Shown: positions 51,579 to 61,879 of the stretch, one piece after another
Layout of the letters: each line of letters begins with the position of its first letter
Position numbering within the stretch: position 1 is the first letter of the stretch
NCBI GenBank assembly: GCA_019358935.1
Contig: JAHHIK010000020.1
Coordinates: 26,806 to 90,805, forward strand
Length of the DNA: 64,000 nt
Reading direction: 5' to 3'
Origin: Tolypothrix carrinoi HA7290-LM1
GTDB lineage: Bacteria > Cyanobacteriota > Cyanobacteriia > Cyanobacteriales > Nostocaceae
The notes under the pieces: generated by a model
Databases searched by the model: none
What the model saw: the letters and a program-made list of their open reading frames with translations, nothing else
What the model was told of the DNA's origin: nothing
Translations under genes and position numbers: made by a program

Positions 51579-52706
51579 ATGTCAACGACAGGAGAAAATC
51601 AAGATTTATACGATCGCTTTGCGGCTTTAAAAGAAACCCTTGCAGATAGGCTAGCACCGCAACTCATCCAAAATCCGCAACTGGCTGATGCTTTGACTCA
51701 GCAAATTGAGGATCTGCTATCACAGGTACTGACAAATCAAGGGCAAATGGCAGCACCACCAGATGGTGGACTAGCCGAGTTAATTGGGATTGGTTCTCAA
51801 GCAGCCAGCAAAGTCAATTCAACGCGCTTGCCGCAGGGTGTAGAAGATTATGACGAACAGATAGCGAGCGATCGCATTCTCGCAGTTGCCGATTTATACT
51901 ATCTCTACCAACACGAAAAAGTCGGCGTTTTTCGTGCCGTGAGGAAACTCCAAGAACTATTCAACGCCGGTGCTGTCAGATTATCCAACGGTGACGGTGC
52001 TTATGGTTTGTATCGCTTCGATCGTCGTAGTGTGTTGCGCTACACCCAAAAAGAACGGTTGCAAACCTACCGCCGGGTATTTGGTTACACCACTGTCCCA
52101 CCGATGTCTAGCGCCAAACCGAATCCGCAATTTCACACTTTATTTACGCAGTTTATTAACAACGTCGCGGAGTTTTGGCGCGATAAACGCATCTCAGATG
52201 TAATTCGCGATCGCGCTTATGACCCCAGTTTTGGCAGCATTGCCACCGTGCGGCGAGCGGGTTTGGATTTGCGAAATAACCTGAAATGGTCTTCCTACGG
52301 TCACGTCACCGTCCTCAGAATTGAAGTTTTGCAACTGCTAGAAGAAGCCTTCAAAATCTTGGGTGCGGATGATGTCAAAAAACTCTTTGGTGCAGACAAC
52401 GCTTGGGATGTAGTCGAAGAAATTATGCTGCGCTACTTCAAACAAGATGTTAACGCCTCACAGCGACACCGCATGGCTGTTGCCGGACGCAGTATTATCC
52501 GCTGGTTAGCTCAAAAATACATCCTGAATAATTCACGAGCCGAATTTGAAGCCTTAGTCCGGGAAATTGCTGATGTTGCCGAAGAATGGCTCACCAGTGC
52601 CGAAACCTTGGGCATTGCTTTTCGCGGTCATACCAAACGAGTAGTTACCTTTGAACCTCGTCAAAATGGTCACAGACCCTTGAGGAGTGCAGGAGAAGGA
52701 TATTAA
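51579..52706 (+). CDS. Hypothetical helical protein
   Basis: 375-aa ORF with AGGAGA RBS; no recognised catalytic motif. Confidence 0.7.
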   Translation: MSTTGENQDLYDRFAALKETLADRLAPQLIQNPQLADALTQQIEDLLSQVLTNQGQMAAPPDGGLAELIGIGSQAASKVNSTRLPQGVEDYDEQIASDRILAVADLYYLYQHEKVGVFRAVRKLQELFNAGAVRLSNGDGAYGLYRFDRRSVLRYTQKERLQTYRRVFGYTTVPPMSSAKPNPQFHTLFTQFINNVAEFWRDKRISDVIRDRAYDPSFGSIATVRRAGLDLRNNLKWSSYGHVTVLRIEVLQLLEEAFKILGADDVKKLFGADNAWDVVEEIMLRYFKQDVNASQRHRMAVAGRSIIRWLAQKYILNNSRAEFEALVREIADVAEEWLTSAETLGIAFRGHTKRVVTFEPRQNGHRPLRSAGEGY

Positions 52707-52860
52707 TTAAAAGGGGAAGGGGGATAAGGGGGACAAGGAGGACAAGGGGGATAAGGGGGACAAGGAGGACAAGGGGGACAAGGAGGACAAGGGGGACAAG
52801 GAGGACAAGGGGGAGGGCAACTTAGTATGACACAGAACTCAGTACTCAGGACTTAGTATT

Positions 52861-54135
52861 ATGAGTAACACATTTACAGAGCAGCTATTAAACGGCTACT
52901 CAGAATTAGAGCAGGGTCAATTAGAACTACGCGGACAAGCAGGACGTAACCCTGCAAATAGGTTTGCCACTTACCTCAAGCGCCAAGGCTTCTTGCCGAC
53001 GGTGCATTTCCCTCAACGGTTCCTCAAGCGTGTTTTGTCTGCTGGTGTACGCTTTGACCCACGCACCTTTAAAAGTGAGTTTTACAAAGCAAAACACTAT
53101 CGCCAAACGCGGTCAGGTTACAACACCCGCATTGCTGTTGTCCGGGGTGTGCCGATTATCTATCGTCCTGGCGGTGAAGACGGCAATCGGATCGTGTTAG
53201 TTACAACTTTAGAACAAGGCGATAAATTGCCACCTGTTGAACCTGCCTCACCCCCAAGACAGCGCGAAATGGAAACGAATCTAGAGGCAGAATTAGAACA
53301 ACTTCTAGAAAAAATTGACGCAGCTATTGAAAGCGATGATTCCGAGCAAGTATCCTATGACCGATACATAGAAAACGAATATTTGCAGCGAAAATCGCAA
53401 AATAAATCTGAAGAAGAGGCAGAAGCCTTTGTTGTCGAGAACCGACTGCTGAAAATTCCCCCAGGACACGAAACCTTAAATAGTCAAGCAGCGCATGGTT
53501 TGCCCATTTCCAAGACTGAGTTAGACGCGATGAATCGGGGTGTCCGCAGAGTTGATACCGAGAAGCTATCAAACCATTTTAAACCCACCCAGCAACGACG
53601 CCATGCATTACGCCGCTACAAATGCCAAAAACTAGAAGAAGCATTAGCCGAAACTAGACAGCAATTGATGGCTTTGCATGGTAAAGTGCTAAGTGCAACC
53701 AAGCGCTCGAATGCCTTTGAATGGATTGGAGAAGCGCTGCACCTGATTCAAGACTCGTATTCCCCAGCACATACAGCCCGTGAACGTAGTGGTGCAGGTG
53801 CAATTATTTTTATTCGCTACTACGGCATTAAGGGACTTCCCTATCCGCAAGAACACCGAGTTTTTCCGATACGACAACCAGGTCGGCTGATTCCTCTGCC
53901 AGTCGATCCGCGAGATTATGTTAATGTTAGCAACCCCCCAGAAAAAGCTGCTATTGCTGCCAGCCGTGATTTCCTCAAGATGATGTTACTGCATTTGAAA
54001 GGGCGATCGCACCGTTACACTGCTGCTCAATGGAATACTAAACAGCGCAGTGACTTAATTAAATTCATGAACAAGTACTTAATATTAAGTCCGCGTCACA
54101 CCCCCACAAAAACCTTGTACCCAAAATGTCCTTGA
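52861..54135 (+). CDS. Two-module putative effector: small basic RNase-like domain, acidic linker, zinc phospholipase C/P1-nuclease-like domain
   Basis: HFPQRF...IVLVTT N-terminal module; SEEEAEAF linker; GHETL, VRRVD, HALR, GEALHLIQDSYSPAH. Confidence 0.55.
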   Translation: MSNTFTEQLLNGYSELEQGQLELRGQAGRNPANRFATYLKRQGFLPTVHFPQRFLKRVLSAGVRFDPRTFKSEFYKAKHYRQTRSGYNTRIAVVRGVPIIYRPGGEDGNRIVLVTTLEQGDKLPPVEPASPPRQREMETNLEAELEQLLEKIDAAIESDDSEQVSYDRYIENEYLQRKSQNKSEEEAEAFVVENRLLKIPPGHETLNSQAAHGLPISKTELDAMNRGVRRVDTEKLSNHFKPTQQRRHALRRYKCQKLEEALAETRQQLMALHGKVLSATKRSNAFEWIGEALHLIQDSYSPAHTARERSGAGAIIFIRYYGIKGLPYPQEHRVFPIRQPGRLIPLPVDPRDYVNVSNPPEKAAIAASRDFLKMMLLHLKGRSHRYTAAQWNTKQRSDLIKFMNKYLILSPRHTPTKTLYPKCP

Positions 54136-54385
54136 TAGAGCGTATAAAACTCAAAAAGGTACTGTTGTTTACACTTAAATTGAATTTAAAACAACCATAA
54201 ATTGCAGTAGATGCACGGATTAACATTCAGTCAGAGAAATCCGCATAATGACTGACAAACAAATCCGAAAAGCAGAAAATTCAATCGGTAGTTATTACAG
54301 ACAAAAGTAAGGGTACTGAGGAATGGGGAAAGACTTACTCCTTACCGCCCTTAATTAAACAAACAAGAATTAGAGAGGATAAAAT

Positions 54386-56623
54386 ATGCAAAGTAACGGC
54401 TATGGGATGTCTGGCAAAACACAACCGCAAAGCGAAGGTGGCAAGATGCCATCTTTGGGTATGGATTCGCCAAACTTTCCACGGGAGATGCCTAGCGGTG
54501 ATATGAACGCCAGTAATTCTCCTAAGTTGCAAAACGTGCTAGTAGAAATGCGCGTGCCTAAGACTCAAGGAGTATTGGGGGCATCACAGATGGCGGCAGA
54601 AATGAATGCGATCGGCTTTCAATTGGATACCAGCTATGAGCCAGTACCAGTCAGCGCGAGTCAAGATGCAGCCGGTTTATTGGCTGACAATCAAGAAATA
54701 GCGATCGTGCGCGGGGTGGTAGAGGAAAGCAAAATTGAAGAATTAGAAGCACAACCTAACGTAATTAAGGTGTATAAAGATACACCTATTGCCCCCTTTG
54801 AGAGTGCGTTGTTGGAGAAAGCAGACAAAGATTTAGTCATGCCAATGGATGCGACTGGTACATGTCCGATTGGCACATGTGACTGTTCTCCAACAACGGC
54901 AAAGGGAGCGATCGCCGATGTCGTAACTTACTTCGGTGTTGATAAAATATGGGCAGCTGGCTACAAAGGTCAGGGCATTGTCGTTGGTGTTGTCGATGGT
55001 GGCATCACCGCCGAAGGTCGCTACATAGGCGCTTTTGAAACCGATCGCACAATTCCCAACGTCATCGGCGGACCGGCACAGAACTGGGGAACAACAGCCC
55101 GCGCTTGGGGCGAACATGGTAATATGTGTGCTACCGATGTCTTGGGTATGGCTCCAGAAGCCAAACTCTACGATTGTCGCATTTCTGATGGCGGTGCCGT
55201 ATCCACTGCCTTAACAGTATACGAATGGGCAATCAAGCAGCACAAAACTGACGGTACACCTCACATCCTCACCAATAGCTGGGGAATTTACCAAAAAAGC
55301 TGGGATGAATTTTATGCCACAAATCCCGATCATCCTTTCAGCCGCAAAGTTGTAGAAGCAATTAACGAAGGAATTCTCGTCTTGTTTGCCGCTGGTAACT
55401 GTGGTGAAAGCTGTCCAAGTGACAGATGTGGCACCGATAATGGACCAGGCAAAAGCATTTGGGGAGCAAACGGACATCCTTTAGTTATGACTGTGGGTGC
55501 TGTCAACAAAGATGAACAATTTGTAGGTTACAGCAGCCAAGGACCAGCAGCTTTAGATCCTAACAAGCCTGATTTTTGTTCTGTTACTCATTTTCGAGGT
55601 TACTTTGCCTCTGATAACGGCACATCTGCCGCGACACCGATCGCTGCTGGTGTAGTCGCGTTGCTCAAAAATGCCAAACCTAACTTAACTCAAGAACAAG
55701 CAAAAAATGCTCTCAAGAGTACCGCGAAAAATATCGGTGAACCGGGTTGGGACCCGCATTCCGGTGCGGGTATTATTCAGCCAAAAGCTGCCTTTGACTT
55801 GTTGCAACCCCAGTCAGCACAGTGGTCAGAGTGGCAAAAATTAGATGGTAACTGTTTTTCTGCCCCTGCGGTTACGACTTCAGGAGAAAAACGCCTTGAC
55901 ACTTTTGTTCTGGGTGGTGACAGTGCGATATATCACAAGTCCTGGGATGGTTCTACTTGGAGCGAGTGGCAAAACTTGGGCGGATTTAGCTTATCAGCAC
56001 CTGCGGCTGTGACGTTGACATCAAACCGAATTGATACATTTATTATTGGTCAACAGCGCCAACTGCTTCGCAAGTTCTGGGATAATTCTACTTGGAGCGA
56101 GTGGGAAGATTTAGGCGGCTTTTGCAAGCAGGGTGTAGCTGTTTGTTCAGAAGCGAACCGCCTTGATGTGTTTACAATTGGTGCTGACAACGCCACATAT
56201 CACAAATCTTGGGATGGTGCTAAGTGGAGTGAATGGGAAAATTTAGGCGGCTTGTGTTTGTCTGCACCAGCGGCGGTTTCTGCGGGCGCTAACCACGTTG
56301 AATTGTTTGTTAGAGGTGGCGACCATGCGATATACCGCAAGTCCTGGGATGGCGCATCTTGGAGCAATTGGGAAAGCTTGGGTGGCTTGTGGTTATATTC
56401 GCCGGCGGTGACTTCTTGGGGAGCGAATCGGCTGGACGTGTTTGCAGTTGGTACTGATAATGCTTTGTACCGCAAAACCTGGGATAATTCTAGTTGGAGC
56501 GCTTGGGAGAATTTAGCAGGTTCATGCATTTCTGCTCCTGCTGCTGTTTCTACGGGAATCAACCGTATTGACACGTTTGTTGTGGGTGGCGATAATGCTT
56601 TGTACCGCAAATCTTTCAGCTAA
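54386..56623 (+). CDS. S8 subtilisin-like protease with prodomain and six-repeat PLL-like lectin beta-propeller
   Basis: VVDGG, HGNMCA, AAGN, GTSAATP; six WxxWxxLGG..SAPA..RLDxF repeats; no signal peptide. Confidence 0.88.
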   Translation: MQSNGYGMSGKTQPQSEGGKMPSLGMDSPNFPREMPSGDMNASNSPKLQNVLVEMRVPKTQGVLGASQMAAEMNAIGFQLDTSYEPVPVSASQDAAGLLADNQEIAIVRGVVEESKIEELEAQPNVIKVYKDTPIAPFESALLEKADKDLVMPMDATGTCPIGTCDCSPTTAKGAIADVVTYFGVDKIWAAGYKGQGIVVGVVDGGITAEGRYIGAFETDRTIPNVIGGPAQNWGTTARAWGEHGNMCATDVLGMAPEAKLYDCRISDGGAVSTALTVYEWAIKQHKTDGTPHILTNSWGIYQKSWDEFYATNPDHPFSRKVVEAINEGILVLFAAGNCGESCPSDRCGTDNGPGKSIWGANGHPLVMTVGAVNKDEQFVGYSSQGPAALDPNKPDFCSVTHFRGYFASDNGTSAATPIAAGVVALLKNAKPNLTQEQAKNALKSTAKNIGEPGWDPHSGAGIIQPKAAFDLLQPQSAQWSEWQKLDGNCFSAPAVTTSGEKRLDTFVLGGDSAIYHKSWDGSTWSEWQNLGGFSLSAPAAVTLTSNRIDTFIIGQQRQLLRKFWDNSTWSEWEDLGGFCKQGVAVCSEANRLDVFTIGADNATYHKSWDGAKWSEWENLGGLCLSAPAAVSAGANHVELFVRGGDHAIYRKSWDGASWSNWESLGGLWLYSPAVTSWGANRLDVFAVGTDNALYRKTWDNSSWSAWENLAGSCISAPAAVSTGINRIDTFVVGGDNALYRKSFS

Positions 56624-56807
56624 TCCAGATCGTCTCAGGGTGCATTTGTAGTAAGCACTTAAGTGCTGGAAAGAAGCGCTCTTCGCGCTTACTACGAATA
56701 GAGACGCGATATTCGTCGCGTCTTTATTTTAATCAATAGGTGTGGCGTTAGTACCTGAAAGCTGCTACTGTGTATTCTCGATCTGACTGTTGCACAAAAT
56801 CGTATGA

Positions 56808-57287
56808 ATGCCAATGACGATCGCGATCGCACTTAATACCGACTGCATTAACAATCTGGATCTATCACCCGCATCAACGGTGATTTCACAACTGCTGGAA
56901 GAAGGGGCGATCGCATCCCACGAACAGCAGCTGCACTTTGAGATAAACTATTCTCAAGAACCTGGCGATCCACGAGAACTTTCAGAAATTCCAGAGGTAC
57001 GCTTATGGTTTCTCCGTCTCGATGCTCGCTATCCTTGGTTGCCATTTTTACTAGATTGGAAAGCTGGGGAACTTGTTCGTTACGTCGCTATGCTTGTACC
57101 CCACCAATTCAGTGAAAAAGAAGGTATTCAGTATAATCCTGAAGCTTTAGAAATCTTTTTGATGCAGAGAATCTTTATTTTAAGCGATTGGCTCAAACAG
57201 CAAGGTATACCCAATCAATTCCGTCTCAAATCTATGGCTCAATTGCTAGGTTATGACTTAGATGATGCTTTGTTTGAGATGTTTTGA
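56808..57287 (+). CDS. CRR6-family NDH-1 maturation factor
   Basis: DPRELSEIPEVRLWFLRLDARYPW, YVAMLVPHQF, NPEALEIF. Confidence 0.88.
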   Translation: MPMTIAIALNTDCINNLDLSPASTVISQLLEEGAIASHEQQLHFEINYSQEPGDPRELSEIPEVRLWFLRLDARYPWLPFLLDWKAGELVRYVAMLVPHQFSEKEGIQYNPEALEIFLMQRIFILSDWLKQQGIPNQFRLKSMAQLLGYDLDDALFEMF

Positions 57288-57424
57288 AAAAATCGGGAAT
57301 GGGGAATGGGCAATGGGCAATGGGCAATGGGCAATGGGAATAAAGCCAAATCTCGATCTCAGCCCCATGCCCCATGCCCCATGCCCCATGCCCATTGCCC
57401 AATGCCCAATTCCCAATTACCAAC

Positions 57425-58186
57425 TCACTTTATACGATATATAAAACTTAATGCGGTATTGAAAGCGTATTCAACTGCTTTTGATTTACTTGGTAAAGCT
57501 TCCTGCCAGATTCGATAATCGTTATAGTCAATAATTATATTTACTATTTCATCAATCCTGATTTGATTCAGTATTTTGTATTGTTCAGCTTCAAAATCTT
57601 TTGCTGTACCACCAATTTCTAAAACTTCCTGTGCAGCTTTGATAAAGCTATCCAAAACTGCTTGCATGTATTTTTTGCCGGCATTTTCTGCAAACACGGA
57701 TGATGCTTTTAAAGCGTTAAATTCTGCTAAAAGCAAATCGGCAATTTCTCTTCCCTCGGAAGTATTCCAATTTAAAGGAAGTTGTATATCCAAATATTCA
57801 CATTGATTATATTTACAGTTTAGATAATCATGAATATTTTCGGCTAATCTAACCAGTTTTTTACCAGCTAATAATTCCTTGAGAAGATTTGTGCTTGTAT
57901 CGATAGATGAATCACGGAATACTTTTTCTTCCATGAGCGAACATTCATACACAAGATAAGTCCAAATTCCTGAGTTAGCTTCATTCTTCATTCCCGCTTG
58001 GTAAAAAGTTATTGTTGCGTCTTCTTTACACTTGAAATATGCACTTTTAGTATTTTCTAATGTAGAAAAACGCATCGGTGAAGAATAGATAATATGAAGG
58101 AAAACCCCAATGATATGATGAGTCTGAGTATCTACTTGGATATACCGTTTTCCACTGCTAATAAAGCCATGTAACCAAATCGCCAT
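57425..58186 (-). CDS. Hypothetical protein
   Basis: 253-aa ORF with AAGGA upstream; AT-rich; no recognised motif. Confidence 0.6.
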   Translation of the reverse strand: MAIWLHGFISSGKRYIQVDTQTHHIIGVFLHIIYSSPMRFSTLENTKSAYFKCKEDATITFYQAGMKNEANSGIWTYLVYECSLMEEKVFRDSSIDTSTNLLKELLAGKKLVRLAENIHDYLNCKYNQCEYLDIQLPLNWNTSEGREIADLLLAEFNALKASSVFAENAGKKYMQAVLDSFIKAAQEVLEIGGTAKDFEAEQYKILNQIRIDEIVNIIIDYNDYRIWQEALPSKSKAVEYAFNTALSFIYRIK

Positions 58187-59258
58187 TTATTTTTCCTTTT
58201 GTATAGTTAATCACATTTTTGGCTGATGCACTAGCATTTATAACGATAAATAAGCTAAGGAACACAAAATATGGCGCGTTAGATCCACCCAGAAGCTAAT
58301 TACACCAAGTAGTATCGGCAACCAGTGTTTGCTCTATAGCCGAGAATCCTTAATTTTGTGTATTAAGGTTTTAACTGAAATTTATAGTTGTTGTAAAAAA
58401 ACCTCATATTTCCTGCTGAATCAAAAAGCATATCTTGGTGTTCATTTTTTTTATCGAAAATTTAATTGATGTTTAACAGCTGGCTGTCAACTATGACACC
58501 TTGAACATTTACAATTAGCCATTTTCCAATTTTCACAACTGGGTTAAATGCATACTATGCACGAATGCCAAAGATATTGTTCCCACAAATATATCTAAAC
58601 TAACAATTTGGAAAAAATCTAATTTTTTTAACTTATCTTTGTCAATGATATATTTGTAAAGTATTATAAATAATGAGAGCGTAAATCCTGGCAAAGTGTT
58701 ATCAGAAATACTTGACAACATCTGCTTACAATAGTTATTTTTTTGTTTTAAACTAAAATTTGCTGCAAAATCAACTCAACTATTACAGCTAAATTTTTGG
58801 CAATGTAATCAGATTTTGTGTGGTGTTAGTTCGGAATTTTCGGCTATTCTAAATTGATTATCGAGTATGTTCTGACTCAATACTTCGGATGTGAAAAATT
58901 AAGATAGGAAAAATAGTATAGCGTATCTAACTTTGTCCCAGCTTGTGCAAGAAAAAGTTTGTCAAGTCGCTAATGTCACTGTGGAAAAATTTCCCCTAAG
59001 TAATAACTATTATATGAACTAGGGGAATGGAAACTCAAACAAAAGAATATTTGGCGATCGCTTAACGCTCCACACGTCTAAAATAACACTTCTCTAGGAT
59101 GTTCAAATATTCAAGTAAGGCAAATGTGGCTCACCTTGATATTGAAGGAAAGCGATCGCACTTCTTGCGGGCATTCCGCGCCATCGCACTCAAGAAAAAA
59201 AAGTAAACGAAATCATCAGCCAAGACGTGCAAAGCTGAAAAACACAATTATTGCAGTA

Positions 59259-60215
59259 CTAGCCACCCCAAACTTTCTGCAAAACTGTATTGGGTGAAAT
59301 ATCAGCGATTTTACCGGTAGGAGATTTGATCGCCAAAAATTTATCACTCTTGGGTAACAACTTGGCTGGCTCTGTGTCACCAAATAAAGCAATAGTATAA
59401 GTTTGTACCGCTACACTCAAATGCATCGGCGCACTGTCGGTACACAACATCAAATTTGCCCCGCCAATCATGGCGGCTAACTTGCCGATATCATCTGGGG
59501 AAGTTATTTTAACATCTTTGGAGGATGACTCAAGCGATCGCACCAATTCATCTTCAGCTTGTTTGACTGCTACCACAGGCATCTCTGGTTGCTTGCTGCG
59601 GAAATTTTGAATAATTTGCAGCCAACTTTGTACAGGATAAACTTCATTTGCCGGTTTGCTTTGGGCTAACTGACTAGAACCACCGTAAATCAAGATGTAA
59701 CCTGTTTCATGCACACCTAAACGTTTTTGTTCTTTTTCTGCCCAATCAATATCGGCTAAAGGTATATTGACCGTTAAATCTGGGCAAGTAGATTGAATGC
59801 CCAAACCTGTGAGGAGGTCATGATACATTGCCGCAGTATACTGCGATTGTTTCAGCGATACCGGGTTGGTCAGAAAAGCAGATCCTTTGCCTTCGTAGCC
59901 TATCCGTGTGGGGATTCCCGTCAACCAAAGTATAAGACCAATCAACCAGCTTTGTCCTAAAACAATGGCAACATCGTACTCGCGATCGCGAATCATACCC
60001 ACCAAGTTACCCCAATCTGCTAAACTGTTGCGGTCTTGGAAATCAAATGTCAGTACCTGGTCAACTGACTTGCTTACCCGGTAGGCAACTTTTGAGCGGG
60101 GTTCGGTAACAACGTCTATCAAAGCTGAAGGTAATGAGCGCTTCAGGTCATCTAGAGTCGGAAAGAAGAGAATTTGGTCGCCAATTGAGCCGGGAACAAG
60201 GGCTACTATTCGCAT
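59259..60215 (-). CDS. Glycosyltransferase family 9
   Basis: PGSIGDQILFFP, CTDSAPMHLSVAV...IALFG. Confidence 0.9.
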   Translation of the reverse strand: MRIVALVPGSIGDQILFFPTLDDLKRSLPSALIDVVTEPRSKVAYRVSKSVDQVLTFDFQDRNSLADWGNLVGMIRDREYDVAIVLGQSWLIGLILWLTGIPTRIGYEGKGSAFLTNPVSLKQSQYTAAMYHDLLTGLGIQSTCPDLTVNIPLADIDWAEKEQKRLGVHETGYILIYGGSSQLAQSKPANEVYPVQSWLQIIQNFRSKQPEMPVVAVKQAEDELVRSLESSSKDVKITSPDDIGKLAAMIGGANLMLCTDSAPMHLSVAVQTYTIALFGDTEPAKLLPKSDKFLAIKSPTGKIADISPNTVLQKVWGG

Positions 60216-60446
60216 AAGATTTATTTACGCTTACTCGCTACTTATTTTAGGAGAATATAGGGATTGGGGCATAGGGTATAGGGCATGGGGCATGGGGCAG
60301 GAGGAAGGGGGAAGGGGAAAAGGAAAAGGGGGAAAGGGAAAATATTTCTTCTTTCTTGTCCTTTACCCTTTACCCAAAACCCTTTTCCCCTCTTCAAATC
60401 CCCAGTCCCCAGTACCCAGTCCCTAATCCCTAGATTGAGGAAAACT

Positions 60447-61127
60447 GTGCATTTACTAATTCCAGCTGCGGGGATGGGACGAAGAATGGGAAGCGATCGC
60501 AATAAACTTCTGTTAAGAGTGCGATCGCAACCGATAATTAGTTGGACTCTCAAAGCCGCTGAAGCAGCTAGTTTAATCAGTTGGATCGGGATTATTGCGA
60601 ATCCTACCGACTGGCAAGACCTCCAGACAATTATTCAAAAAGAAAAATTAACTAAACCTGTGGAATTAATCGAAGGCGGCTCCACACGCCAAGAATCAGT
60701 TTACAATGGCTTACTGGCATTACCATCTGCCGCAGAGCAAGTTTTGATTCACGATGGTGCCAGATGTCTTGCCACACCGGATTTATTTGATGCTTGTGCT
60801 TTATCGATTCGCCATCATTCTGGTTTGATCGCTGCCATCCCTGTCAAGGATACTATCAAAGTTGTCGATGAAAATGGCATAATTCAAACTACTCCTGACC
60901 GACGGCGACTGTATGCCGCACAAACTCCCCAAGGTTTTGATGTCAAGTTGTTGAAACAATGCCACGCTGAAGGTGTCCGTCAGGGTTGGGAAGTAACTGA
61001 CGATGCAGCTTTGTTTGAAAAGTGCGGCTACAGCGTCGCAATTGTCCAAGGGGAAGAAACCAATTTGAAAGTGACTACCCCACAAGATTTAGCGATCGCC
61101 GAATTCATCCTCCAAGAGAGGGAGTAG
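60447..61127 (+). CDS. ispD: 2-C-methyl-D-erythritol 4-phosphate cytidylyltransferase
   Basis: PAAGMGRRMG, GGSTRQESV, IHDGAR, AQTPQGF, NLKVTTPQDL; GTG start at 60447. Confidence 0.95.
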   Translation: MHLLIPAAGMGRRMGSDRNKLLLRVRSQPIISWTLKAAEAASLISWIGIIANPTDWQDLQTIIQKEKLTKPVELIEGGSTRQESVYNGLLALPSAAEQVLIHDGARCLATPDLFDACALSIRHHSGLIAAIPVKDTIKVVDENGIIQTTPDRRRLYAAQTPQGFDVKLLKQCHAEGVRQGWEVTDDAALFEKCGYSVAIVQGEETNLKVTTPQDLAIAEFILQERE

Positions 61128-61348
61128 AAAGTGGGGAGTGGGGAGTGGGGAGTAGGGGGCAGGGGGCAGGGGAGCCAGTGCGGTCTTGGGGAAACCCCAA
61201 GTGAAGCATCTGGCGTGGCAGGGGGCAGAATTTTTTTACTTTGACTTAACTGCAAAATTATGATATAATGCCAAACACTTATGAGTTTGGCAATTGTCAT
61301 TCGCTCTGTTACCGCCTTTGACCAATGACTAATGACCGCCTTTGACCA

Positions 61349-61879
61349 ATGATTACAGGCACAGCGAACAAGATAGAAGCGATTCTGTATTTAAAAGGTA
61401 AACCCTTGTCGCTCGGTGAAATCGCCGAGTATGCCGCGTGCGATCGCGCTACTGTTGAGTCAGGCATAATTGAATTAATCGACAACTATGCCCACAGAGA
61501 CGGCGCTTTGGAAGTTGTAGAAACTCCAGCAGGTTACTGCCTGCAACTGCGGTCAGATTTTCATGAATTAGTGCAAACCATGATACCAGTGGAATTGGGG
61601 TTGGGGGCATTGCGAACTTTAGCAGCGATCGCTCTTAATAGCCCGATTCTTCAAAGCGACCTGATAAATGTGCGCGGTTCGGGAGTATATCAACACGTTC
61701 CCGAACTAGTCGAACTCGGTTTTGTCCGAAAACGCCGAGATAATGAATCTCGGTCTTATTCGCTACAAATTACTCCGAAATTTCATCAATATTTCCAAAT
61801 TGAGCAACTTCCCGAACCATTCGACCGCAGCCAAGAAGAACGACAACTAGAACTAGACTTGAAAACTGAACCAGAATAA
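61349..61879 (+). CDS. scpB: SMC-Scp complex subunit ScpB
   Basis: IEAILY, ALRTLAAIA, VRGS, TPKFHQYF. Confidence 0.9.
   Translation: MITGTANKIEAILYLKGKPLSLGEIAEYAACDRATVESGIIELIDNYAHRDGALEVVETPAGYCLQLRSDFHELVQTMIPVELGLGALRTLAAIALNSPILQSDLINVRGSGVYQHVPELVELGFVRKRRDNESRSYSLQITPKFHQYFQIEQLPEPFDRSQEERQLELDLKTEPE

Noticed and set aside
58533..58721. 62-aa hydrophobic ORF
   Set aside because: TTG start, AT-rich context and no recognisable motif; insufficient support.
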